This document shows positions 15,014-23,562 of a stretch of 24,000 nucleotides of DNA, one piece after another. The notes under the pieces were generated by a model. It saw only the letters and a list, made by a program, of their open reading frames with translations. It was not told the origin of the DNA and did no database searches. Both the position numbers and the translations under genes were made by a program. The DNA comes from an uncultured Erysipelotrichaceae bacterium (lineage in GTDB: Bacteria > Bacillota_I > Bacilli_A > Erysipelotrichales > Erysipelotrichaceae), in the NCBI GenBank assembly GCA_964370395.1, contig CAYJIZ010000004.1:107465-131464 (forward strand). The letters run 5' to 3'. The stretch's first letter is position 1. The number at the start of each line of letters is the position of its first letter.

Positions 15014-16978
15014 TTACTGAATTAAATATTTATACAAATCAATGTTACTATTCATACTCTTTAACTTTTTAATCTTCTCATCTGTTTCGATAAGTGAGAT
15101 ATATTCTTTATAAAACATTTGCACTCTTTTTATTTCATCAGGTGTTGTCATCTTAAATCCAAGTAAGAAGACAATGTCTACCTGGTCATCATTCCACATA
15201 ATAGGTTCTTCCAAAATCGCAATGGCTACTTTTGATTCCACTACTTCACTTTGCGCGCCATGTGGTAAGCTAATCCCATTTCCTATCGATGTTGTTGTCG
15301 CTTTTTCACGTTCCATCACCGAATCATAAAACTTACTCGACACATATCCTCGCATCTCCATCGCGGTAGACATAAACTTCAATAGCGTATCCTTATCTTT
15401 GCAACTTTGGTTCACAAAGATAATCTCTGGACTTAATAATGGAAAACACACTGGTGAGAATGCTGTTCCACTTTGTGCCATTCTTGAATTCATATTATCC
15501 AAATGATTACGTAATGAGATAACGCCACTTTCACTCAATAAATTCGCAATACTTACAATACGTGGATCTTTCACATTCAAATCTTGGGAAGTGACAATGA
15601 TGTCTGCTTCCTCATTTCCATATAATTTAAAGTCATGTGCACTCATCATATTGATTGTCGCGATTTCAGGAATCATCTTTTGGATTCTTCCACTCAATAG
15701 TTCAGCATGCCCACGACTTGAATCCGCTATGAGCACCATTTTATATTGGTGATTTTTTCGCTCTAATGCCGATTGAATATACAAAACGATATACCCTACT
15801 TCATCTTCTGTCAGTTGCAACCCATAATACTCTTCAAATAAGATGCTGATCGCCCACGTTGCACGATAAACATTTTTATACTCTGTCTTTATAAAATTAA
15901 TCAGTGTATTGTTTTGGGTTGTTCCATAACGGATACGAAAGATGGTAGGTCGCAAGTGAAAGATTAAACTTTCTCTCAACTTTGCATCTTCCTTTAATGC
16001 GATATTCAATATATTCCCTACCACATCCAACACCAAATCCACAAACTCTACTAACTTATTATCGTACTTCATTACTTGTGCTAGCGATTCATCGGTCGCT
16101 GATACACCAATAAACTTAGAACACATAATTTGTATTGATAAAAATAAGACATCTTCATTTGAGAATAAGATATGAAACTTATCTTGTAGCTTTTTAAAGA
16201 TTGCTACTGTGAATGGATACTCATTGTATTTTTGAAGAATATCAAATTCGGCATCTCCATCAAGCACTGGTGTCTGAATATCTTTTCGTTGGTATGCAAT
16301 GCAACAATAAATTAATATTTCATAGAAGGATTCATCCGTAAATCGATAATTCCATTCGTTTTCTGTTTCTATGATTGATTTTTGTATCATCTTAGAATCC
16401 AAATGAGAAAAGAAGTACTCTAAATTCTTTTTGATTTTTTCTACGTTACCATCCAACATAATTAAATTTTTCAAAGCAACACGATATTCATTTTCTCGAC
16501 ATTGTAGTCGAAACCCTTTGTTACGTTCATTGGTAATTGTAATTTTATAAGGTTGCAAGTAGTCTTCGCATTCTTTCAATACCTTTAATATCGTCGGTGC
16601 ACTTAAATACAAAGTATCCGATAACTTTTGGGTACTGATGGTTTCCCATGGACGCAAGCGAAACAATATTTTTAATGTTTCGTATACACGTTCTTCTTCA
16701 TCATAATTTACACCCATGGAAGAACTATTCATCAAAAAGGAAAGCAATTTCTCTTTTTGGCTTTCATCCATCTCCAACCATACTCCAACTCTTGGTTTTT
16801 TATTGATGCAACCTAATTGGTTTTCTTGTAGGTAGTCATTAATGTTCGCAATCTTATTACGTACAGATTTTTCTGACAACCCTACTTGATCTGCAATGAA
16901 CTGTGTGGAAACAACTTTTCCATCCATTAAGCAATTTAATATTTCTTTGTTGTAGTAACTCTCTTTCGCACTTTTCAT
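15014..16978 (-). CDS. PRD-domain transcriptional activator of the MtlR/LicR/ManR type (HTH + 2 PRD + EIIB-like + EIIA-2 domains)
   Basis: N-terminal winged-HTH segment (STQFIADQVGLSEKSVRNKIANINDYL), a central PRD-like region, and a C-terminal EIIA-2 motif GNGISLPHG. 654 aa, with no sigma-54 AAA+ domain. Confidence 0.8.
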   Translation of the reverse strand: MKSAKESYYNKEILNCLMDGKVVSTQFIADQVGLSEKSVRNKIANINDYLQENQLGCINKKPRVGVWLEMDESQKEKLLSFLMNSSSMGVNYDEEERVYETLKILFRLRPWETISTQKLSDTLYLSAPTILKVLKECEDYLQPYKITITNERNKGFRLQCRENEYRVALKNLIMLDGNVEKIKKNLEYFFSHLDSKMIQKSIIETENEWNYRFTDESFYEILIYCCIAYQRKDIQTPVLDGDAEFDILQKYNEYPFTVAIFKKLQDKFHILFSNEDVLFLSIQIMCSKFIGVSATDESLAQVMKYDNKLVEFVDLVLDVVGNILNIALKEDAKLRESLIFHLRPTIFRIRYGTTQNNTLINFIKTEYKNVYRATWAISILFEEYYGLQLTEDEVGYIVLYIQSALERKNHQYKMVLIADSSRGHAELLSGRIQKMIPEIATINMMSAHDFKLYGNEEADIIVTSQDLNVKDPRIVSIANLLSESGVISLRNHLDNMNSRMAQSGTAFSPVCFPLLSPEIIFVNQSCKDKDTLLKFMSTAMEMRGYVSSKFYDSVMEREKATTTSIGNGISLPHGAQSEVVESKVAIAILEEPIMWNDDQVDIVFLLGFKMTTPDEIKRVQMFYKEYISLIETDEKIKKLKSMNSNIDLYKYLIQ

Positions 16979-17056
16979 CTTATCACCTCCAAACCAAGTT
17001 TTTAGCCACCTTTAACGTACCATGATTCAAATCTTCCTGTAAAAAAAGGAAGGGCA

Positions 17057-17077
17057 TTTTAATGTGGTAACTTTCCC
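17057..17077. promoter_or_regulatory. repeated operator-like motif, copy 4 (ttttaatgtggtaa)
   Basis: Same core as copies 1-3, about 80-100 nt upstream of the regulator start (16978, minus strand). Confidence 0.4.
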
Positions 17078-17177
17078 TTGGTTGTTTTTCTTATTTTTCA
17101 ATTATTTCCATTATCCCTAAGTAACAACACAAAAACAATACACAATTATCACTTTCTTAAAATAAAAATCTTTCCTT

Positions 17178-17198
17178 TTTCAATGTGGAACTTTTTCC
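17178..17198. promoter_or_regulatory. repeated operator-like motif, copy 5 (tttcaatgtggaac plus tttttcc)
   Basis: Two mismatches to the core. It lies just downstream, in the minus-strand sense, of the SIS-gene terminator. Confidence 0.35.
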
Positions 17199-17200
17199 AT

Positions 17201-17240
17201 CAAAAAAGATTAACTTTTGTCATTCACAAAAATTAATCTT
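17201..17240 (-). terminator. rho-independent terminator after the SIS-domain gene
   Basis: 15-bp stem aagattaacttttgt / acaaaaattaatctt (one G-U pair when read on the minus strand), loop cattc, followed on the minus strand by a T-run. Confidence 0.7.
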
Positions 17241-17261
17241 CTTATCTTTTTATTATGCAAA

Positions 17262-17999
17262 TTAAATAATATCAATCTTTCCTTTGTACTTACGCATATG
17301 TTCTTTGTTGATGGCATCGCCTCGATCAAGATTACCACTCACCCAAATTGGTGGGTTCATTCCTTTGTCCGCCAACAGTTGAATGCTTTCCCCTACTATA
17401 CCGATCAACAAACTCATCGCAACAACCGTAGAGGTCGAACAAAACTTTTCACTTACTCGCGCATCTTCTAATACCGAATCCCCTTTGACTCCACAAATAT
17501 CCAGTACGATATCACTCACATCTTTTAGTAGTTTTCCACTGGAGTGTCTGGATTTTACTTGCGTAGAATAAGAAAGTGAAGTAACACCAATTACACGCAT
17601 TCCTTTTTTCTTCGCAGCAAGTGCCATATCAATACCTGCCGCATTTCTTCCTGATATCGATACAATAATCATCGTGTCATTTTCACTTGTCCACATCGTA
17701 TCCAATACTTCTGGGGCAAACCCTTCCGTACGTTCCATCACTTGTGATAAACGTGCTTTTGGATAAATATTATATTGTGGAATTTTAATTGCGTTAATAG
17801 GAACCAATCCTCCTGTACGAAAACACAGTTCTTCACCAAACATTTGGGAATGCCCACACCCAAAAACATGAATCACTCCATCCTTTTCTACCGTTGTCGC
17901 AATCGCATTGGCACATTGATCCAAAATCGTTTCTTGTTTTAATGCTTCATGTAACTGTTCTTCCATCACTTCCACAAATTCATTGTAACGTTTTTTCAT
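17262..17999 (-). CDS. SIS (sugar isomerase) domain protein of unknown specificity (UPF0309-like)
   Basis: VIHVFGCGHSQMFGEE and IIVSISGRNAAGIDMA are SIS phosphosugar-binding patterns. RBS AGAGGGA. It starts 15 nt after the rarA stop. Confidence 0.7.
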   Translation of the reverse strand: MKKRYNEFVEVMEEQLHEALKQETILDQCANAIATTVEKDGVIHVFGCGHSQMFGEELCFRTGGLVPINAIKIPQYNIYPKARLSQVMERTEGFAPEVLDTMWTSENDTMIIVSISGRNAAGIDMALAAKKKGMRVIGVTSLSYSTQVKSRHSSGKLLKDVSDIVLDICGVKGDSVLEDARVSEKFCSTSTVVAMSLLIGIVGESIQLLADKGMNPPIWVSGNLDRGDAINKEHMRKYKGKIDII

Positions 18000-18014
18000 C
18001 TCTATCCCTCTTTT

Positions 18015-19331
18015 CTATTGGTGTTCCTTTTTCCATTGCTTGATTTGTTCCAAACGTGCTTTTACTTTCACTTCACTTCCTTGGTTAGTAGGATGATAGT
18101 ATTGTGCATTTACCAAAGAATCTGGCAAACATTGCATCGTTGTTAGTTTGGCTTCATTATCATGGGCATATTCATACCCTTTACCATAATTCAACTCTTT
18201 CATCAGTTTTGTTGGTGCGTTACGTATCACAAGTGGCACTGGCTCCGCTATCATTTTTAACGCATCTCTTTTCGCTTTTTCATAAGCCATATAAAGCGCA
18301 TTACTTTTAGGTGCAAGCGACAAATACGTAACAGCATGTGTTAAATGTACACTGCATTCTGGCATCCCTATAAAATGACAAGCTTGGTAAACACTTGTGC
18401 ATATTTCTACGGCACGCGAATCTGCCATCCCCACATCTTCACTCGCAAAACGAAGCAACCGACGTGCGACGTAAAGAGGATCTTCTCCTGCCTCTAACAT
18501 ACGTGCTAACCAGTAGATAGAAGCATCCACATCACTATTACGCATCGATTTATGCAAGGCACTAATGATGTTGTAGTGTTCTTCTCCTTGTTTATCATAC
18601 AATAGTGATTTTTGGTTTATGCATTGTTCAAGTAACGATTTATCCACATATGTTCCATCTTCTCGTACATCCCCATTTAACACTACCATTTCTAATGTAT
18701 TTAATGCTGTTCTTGCATCCCCATTACAAAAACCAGCAATCATATTCAAAACATCTTCTTCCATATGAACGCGGTATTCTTTTAATCCCTTTTCATCGTC
18801 TATCGCATGTTGCAACAACACCACGATATCCTCTCTTGTTAATCCTTTTAAGACAAACACTTTGCATCTTGATAAAAGGGCAGAGTTTACTTCAAAGCTA
18901 GGATTTTCTGTTGTCGCCCCAATTAAAACGATACTTCCTCTTTCCACAAAAGGCAAAAAGGCATCTTGTTGGGCTTTATTAAAACGATGTATCTCATCGA
19001 CAAAAACGATTGTTTTCTGTCCGTATTGTGTTGCTTTTTGTGCTTCATTCATCACCAATTTAATTTCTTTGATTCCACTTGTTACCGCACTAAACGTAAT
19101 AAATTTCGCTTGTGTTGTATTGGCGATAATACGTGCTAACGTCGTTTTCCCTACTCCTGGTGGACCCCAAAAAATCATACTCGAAATACGATCGTTTTGA
19201 ATTAATGATGAAAGAATCTTACCCTCTCCAATCAGATGCTGTTGTCCGACATAATCACTTAGTGTTTGTGGACGCAAACGATTGGCTAAAGGTTCTGCAT
19301 TTTGATTATAAAATAATGATTCCTGTTCCAT
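18015..19331 (-). CDS. rarA: replication-associated recombination protein A (RarA/MgsA AAA+ ATPase)
   Basis: Walker A GPPGVGKTT, Walker B VFVDEIHRFNK, and the conserved C-terminal MgsA region (YDKQGEEHYNIISALHKSMRNSD, YWLARML). Confidence 0.9.
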   Translation of the reverse strand: MEQESLFYNQNAEPLANRLRPQTLSDYVGQQHLIGEGKILSSLIQNDRISSMIFWGPPGVGKTTLARIIANTTQAKFITFSAVTSGIKEIKLVMNEAQKATQYGQKTIVFVDEIHRFNKAQQDAFLPFVERGSIVLIGATTENPSFEVNSALLSRCKVFVLKGLTREDIVVLLQHAIDDEKGLKEYRVHMEEDVLNMIAGFCNGDARTALNTLEMVVLNGDVREDGTYVDKSLLEQCINQKSLLYDKQGEEHYNIISALHKSMRNSDVDASIYWLARMLEAGEDPLYVARRLLRFASEDVGMADSRAVEICTSVYQACHFIGMPECSVHLTHAVTYLSLAPKSNALYMAYEKAKRDALKMIAEPVPLVIRNAPTKLMKELNYGKGYEYAHDNEAKLTTMQCLPDSLVNAQYYHPTNQGSEVKVKARLEQIKQWKKEHQ

Positions 19332-19347
19332 AGTTTACCTCTTTTTC

Positions 19348-19356
19348 ATTATAGCA
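19348..19356 (-). promoter_or_regulatory. extended -10 element TGcTATAAT upstream of rarA
   Basis: The minus strand reads atatgctataatgaaaaagaggtaaactATG, which implies a short leader. No clear -35. Confidence 0.4.
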
Positions 19357-19369
19357 TATTCCTCAACAA

Positions 19370-19398
19370 ACAAAAAAAGCGATTGAATCAATCGCTTT
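19370..19398 (-). terminator. rho-independent terminator after the ROK gene
   Basis: 10-bp stem aaagcgattg/caatcgcttt with loop aat, beginning at the stop codon and followed on the minus strand by a T-run. Confidence 0.7.
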
Positions 19399-20293
19399 AC
19401 TTACTCTTATTAAACGCCAAACAACCAGCACCTAACAACCCGCTATCTTCATCTAATGTCGACTTACGAATTTTTACATATGGTTTTAATGTGTCATATA
19501 CTTTATTCATAACACGCGCTTCTACCTCCTCTACAAATCCATCCACTTTTAGGGCAACACTTCCCCCTAATATGATAATTTCAGGATCCGTAATCGCAAT
19601 TAATGTTGCACAGAAATTCGCTAAGTATTCTTTCGCATCATCCATAATCGCTTGCGCTTCTTCGTTTCCTTGGCTCGCTAAGTCATTCACTTCTCCCGCA
19701 TGTGCTACATCCAACCCCGCACTTCCTGCTCTTGAAGTAATGGCTGTTCCACTACAAATTGCTTCGACTCCTCCAGGTAAGATTGCCCCATGGCTAGGAC
19801 CATCTTTCCATAAACATACATTGGCAACTTCATGGGCAAATCCATGCGCACCGATATAAATTTCTTTGTCGATTACTTGTCCACTTCCTAATCCTGTTGA
19901 AACAGTTAAAAACTGAACAAAACGATACTCTTTTCCTTCTCCGACAACCGCTTCTGCTAAAGCAGCTAAGTTTGCATCGTTTTCCAAATACACTGGTAAG
20001 TTACATAATTTAGATAGTTCTTCACTAATCGCAAAATTATGCCATTTCCCACGTAAGTTTGGTGTTTCTAATATTTTTCCACCAATTAAATCAAGCGGTC
20101 CTGGACATGACATTCCTACACCACATACTTCTTTTTGAAACCCATCGATTGTTTCACTAATTTTTTTCAAAGTATTGAATGGTTCATCTACATCAGTTGC
20201 GAATTGTACGCGATCGATAATTTTCATGCTCTCATCAATCAACGCAACTCTTGTATTTGTACCACCAATATCAACCCCAATTGCATATCTCAT
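19397..20293 (-). CDS. ROK-family sugar kinase (glucokinase-like)
   Basis: The N-terminal IGVDIGGTNTRVALID ATP-binding motif and the LENDANLAALAE motif are typical of ROK kinases. No N-terminal HTH. Confidence 0.85.
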   Translation of the reverse strand: MRYAIGVDIGGTNTRVALIDESMKIIDRVQFATDVDEPFNTLKKISETIDGFQKEVCGVGMSCPGPLDLIGGKILETPNLRGKWHNFAISEELSKLCNLPVYLENDANLAALAEAVVGEGKEYRFVQFLTVSTGLGSGQVIDKEIYIGAHGFAHEVANVCLWKDGPSHGAILPGGVEAICSGTAITSRAGSAGLDVAHAGEVNDLASQGNEEAQAIMDDAKEYLANFCATLIAITDPEIIILGGSVALKVDGFVEEVEARVMNKVYDTLKPYVKIRKSTLDEDSGLLGAGCLAFNKSK

Positions 20294-20350
20294 GATACAC
20301 CTCCTGTTATAGTTTCTATTATGCCATAATTACCACATAAAATTAAGCAT

Positions 20351-20378
20351 TAAAAAAGCCAATTGTGATAATTGGCTT
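20351..20378 (-). terminator. rho-independent terminator after ychF
   Basis: Stem aagccaatt/aattggctt with loop gtgat, followed by a T-run on the minus strand. Confidence 0.75.
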
Positions 20379-21477
20379 ATACATTAAATCGAAAATGCAT
20401 GACATCTCCATCTTGTACAACATAATCTTTTCCTTCTAAACGAAGTTTTCCTGCTTCTTTTACTGCTTGTTCACTTCCTAAGGCATCAATATCATCATAA
20501 GAGAATACTTCTGCACGAATGAATCCGCGTTGGAAATCCGTATGAATAATTCCAGCACATTCAGGAGCGCTCATCCCACGGCGAAACGTCCATGCTCGAA
20601 CTTCTTGTACTCCTGCTGTAAAGTAAGTACATAAATCAAGCATATGGTAACTTGCTCTGATTACTTTGTCCAATCCACTTTCTTCAATTCCTAAGTCTTG
20701 AAGGAAAATTTCTTTTTCTTCTTTATCCAAAGAAGAAAGTTCTTCTTCAATACGTGCACAAATCGCAACAACATCATTGTTTTCACTTTCTGCTAGTTGC
20801 TTAACTTGTACATAATAAGGATTTGCATCTGGGTTCGCAATTTCTTCTTCACTCATATTCGCTACGTAAATCATCGGTTTAATCGTTAATAAACTAAAGC
20901 TTTTTACTAATTGAAACTCTTCTTTATTTAACTCTACACTACGTGCAGGGCGACAATTAACCAATGCTTCCAATAGTTTTTCTAATACTTTCTTTTCCAA
21001 TAGTGCATCTTGTTCCTTGGCTTTCACTTTACGCTCCACCTTAGACAAACGATTTTCTACTGTTTGTTGGTCTGCTAACACTAACTCTAAGTTAATGATT
21101 TCGATATCACGAATTGGATCGACACTTCCTTCCACATGCGTAATGTTTTCATCATCAAAACAACGAACGACATGACAAATAGCATCGGTTAAACGAATGT
21201 TCGATAAGAATTGGTTTCCCAATCCTTCTCCTTTGCTCGCTCCTTTTACTAATCCTGCAATATCAGTAAATTCAAATGTCGTATTGATCGCTTTCTTCGT
21301 TTTTACGATATCGACCAAACGATCCACTCGAAAATCTGGTACTTCGACAACTCCTACATTTGGTTCTATGGTAGCAAATGGATAGTTTGCTGCTTCCACT
21401 TGCGATTTTGTTATTGCGTTAAATAATGTTGACTTCCCTACGTTTGGTAGTCCTACAATTCCTGCTGTTAATGGCAT
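20377..21477 (-). CDS. ychF: redox-regulated ATPase YchF (Obg-family GTPase/ATPase)
   Basis: GIVGLPNVGKSTLFNA P-loop, DIAGLVKGAS, and a C-terminal TGS-like domain (YVVQDGDVMHFRFNV). ATG 21477 (MPLTAG) is preferred over the TTG at 21495. Confidence 0.9.
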   Translation of the reverse strand: MPLTAGIVGLPNVGKSTLFNAITKSQVEAANYPFATIEPNVGVVEVPDFRVDRLVDIVKTKKAINTTFEFTDIAGLVKGASKGEGLGNQFLSNIRLTDAICHVVRCFDDENITHVEGSVDPIRDIEIINLELVLADQQTVENRLSKVERKVKAKEQDALLEKKVLEKLLEALVNCRPARSVELNKEEFQLVKSFSLLTIKPMIYVANMSEEEIANPDANPYYVQVKQLAESENNDVVAICARIEEELSSLDKEEKEIFLQDLGIEESGLDKVIRASYHMLDLCTYFTAGVQEVRAWTFRRGMSAPECAGIIHTDFQRGFIRAEVFSYDDIDALGSEQAVKEAGKLRLEGKDYVVQDGDVMHFRFNV

Positions 21478-21548
21478 AATATCACTCTCTTTCAACTGTT
21501 ATAGTTTACCTTCTTTTGCTACTTAATTCAAGATTTATTAAGAAAACA

Positions 21549-22103
21549 TTATAGATAGATAAACAATCCTACAAGTCCACTAAAAATTAAAATAATCATC
21601 GGATTCATTTTCTTATAACGAAGCAAGTAAAATCCGATCACAAAGATAACAATCGCACTACAATTAATTCCACCTATTACGATGGGTGCATTCACATTAT
21701 TCAATAAAGCACTCATGAAAATAGAAATGGATGCCGATATGATCAATCCAATGGAGACAGCACGTAATCCAATTAATACATAAGATACACGATGATTGTC
21801 CTTATGTTTTTGAAAAAACTTATGCAATGCTACACTGACAAAAATACCAACAATAATACACCCTAAAGTAGCAACGATAGCTCCTGCAACTCCACCAACG
21901 CGCATCCCCACAAATGTCGCTGAGTTAATCGCAATCGGTCCAGGTGTCATTTGGGATAAAGTAATTAGATTTACGAAATCCTGTTGGCTTAACCAATGAA
22001 AGCTCTCCACCATCTCACTTTGAATTAAAGGGAGTATCGCATACCCACCACCGATACTAACTGCACCAATTTTTAAGAAGGCTAAAAACAATTCCCACAA
22101 CAT
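21549..22103 (-). CDS. chromate transporter (CHR family) short-chain subunit, second of pair
   Basis: FLKIGAVSIGGGYAILPLI and MTPGPIAINSATFVG are CHR-family motifs. 184 aa. Confidence 0.8.
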   Translation of the reverse strand: MLWELFLAFLKIGAVSIGGGYAILPLIQSEMVESFHWLSQQDFVNLITLSQMTPGPIAINSATFVGMRVGGVAGAIVATLGCIIVGIFVSVALHKFFQKHKDNHRVSYVLIGLRAVSIGLIISASISIFMSALLNNVNAPIVIGGINCSAIVIFVIGFYLLRYKKMNPMIILIFSGLVGLFIYL

Positions 22104-22654
22104 TATTTTACCCTCCTAACAAGCACATAAACGATACAAATTAAGATGGCTACCAATAAGATTAAAAAGGCATTTATTTGCATGATAAAACTAGCAAAGA
22201 AGGATGCCCCTAACATTAGGTATAAGAAGTAATCTTTGCTTTTTACTAAGCTTGTTGACATTGTTACTAAAACATCTACAAGCAAAACCAAAACACCTGC
22301 TTCCATCCCATGTAAGATAGCAGAAATTACTTCATTCGCAATAAATGCATCATAAAAATTAGAGATGATTCCCAATAAGATCATCGGTGGTAATACAGAA
22401 CCAAAACAAGCAAGGATTACCCCTTTTGTATTCGCAATGCGATACCCGCTTAACGCACTTAAGTTAATCGCGATTGCACCAGGTGATGATTGTGCTATTG
22501 TCGCCATATCAATCAACTCTTCTTTTGAAAAATAGTGATACTTATCTACAAATGCTTTTTCCACCATCGGGATTACAACATATCCTCCCCCAAACGTGAA
22601 TGCACTAATTTTAAACATCTCAATAAAGATGTGCCAATATTCTATTTTTTTCAT
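22103..22654 (-). CDS. chromate transporter (CHR family) short-chain subunit, first of pair
   Basis: FGGGYVVIPMV and SSPGAIAINLSALSG motifs. The stop overlaps the start of the partner gene by 1 nt. Confidence 0.8.
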   Translation of the reverse strand: MKKIEYWHIFIEMFKISAFTFGGGYVVIPMVEKAFVDKYHYFSKEELIDMATIAQSSPGAIAINLSALSGYRIANTKGVILACFGSVLPPMILLGIISNFYDAFIANEVISAILHGMEAGVLVLLVDVLVTMSTSLVKSKDYFLYLMLGASFFASFIMQINAFLILLVAILICIVYVLVRRVK

Positions 22655-22679
22655 TGCTTCCCTTCTTTCATACCATAGT

Positions 22680-22708
22680 ATTATACCCTTTTTAAAGGAA
22701 ATAGTAAA
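22680..22708 (-). promoter_or_regulatory. candidate promoter TTTACT-N17-TATAAT for the chrA pair
   Basis: The minus strand has TATAAT at 22685-22680 and TTTACT at 22708-22703. Confidence 0.45.
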
Positions 22709-22745
22709 AATCTGTAAGTAGTTTACTAAATGTTAACATTTTTTG

Positions 22746-22775
22746 TTTTCACTTCCCCATAAATGCGAGTATAAT
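22746..22775 (+). promoter_or_regulatory. candidate promoter TTTTCA-N18-TATAAT for the thrE-type pair
   Basis: Hexamers at 22746-22751 and 22770-22775, with GAGG as RBS before ATG 22797. Confidence 0.45.
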
Positions 22776-22796
22776 AAAGCATATTGAGGTATTGCT

Positions 22797-23561
22797 ATGG
22801 AATATGAAGATGTCTTAAACCTTGCTAGCAAAGCAGGAAAAATACTACTACAAAATGGTGCAGAAATTTATCGAGTAGAAGAAACCATAACACGCATATG
22901 CGAATGCTATGACGTGGAAGATGCCAATGCATTTGTGACTCCTTCCGGTATTTTTATTTCGTTCTTTAAAGCCAACAAAACTTACAGCAAAGTCATCCGC
23001 ACAAAGGAAATCACTTTAAATCTTGAAAAAATCAATCAAGTGAATGACTTGTCTCGTTGCATCCACGCAAAAAACATCTCCATTGAGCAAGCCAATGAAA
23101 AGCTAAAGGCGATTCAATCACAAGTCGGTTACAACAACGCTTTAAAAATGATTGCTTCTGGTTTTATCGCAACCTTTTTCACCTACTTCTTTAGCGGAAC
23201 GCTAATTGATGGAATATGCGCCTTCTTTATTGGTGTTATCGTGCAATTTGTCGCATCGAAATTTGATGCGAAACAAATTAACAGTATGGTCAAAATCACC
23301 ATATTATCAAGTTTGCTTACATTACTGACTTTAATTTTAGTCCGTTTTCAAATCGCACAACTAAAAGATAGTATCATCATGGGAAATCTAATGTTACTTG
23401 TACCTGGAGTAGCCATTACGAATGCCATTCGTGATTCCATTTCAGGTGACTTAATCTCTGGTATCACCAGAGGTATGGAAGCATGTTTCATCGCCATTGC
23501 GCTAGCCTTGGGTGCAGGGGTTACCATTAGTATTTGGATGACTTATCTAGGAGGTATCTAA
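22797..23561 (+). CDS. threonine/serine exporter family protein, large subunit (ThrE/YjjP-like)
   Basis: N-terminal soluble segment (AGKILLQNGAEIYRVEETI) followed by about 5 TM segments, the ThrE-family pattern. Confidence 0.75.
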   Translation: MEYEDVLNLASKAGKILLQNGAEIYRVEETITRICECYDVEDANAFVTPSGIFISFFKANKTYSKVIRTKEITLNLEKINQVNDLSRCIHAKNISIEQANEKLKAIQSQVGYNNALKMIASGFIATFFTYFFSGTLIDGICAFFIGVIVQFVASKFDAKQINSMVKITILSSLLTLLTLILVRFQIAQLKDSIIMGNLMLLVPGVAITNAIRDSISGDLISGITRGMEACFIAIALALGAGVTISIWMTYLGGI

Positions 23562-23562
23562 G

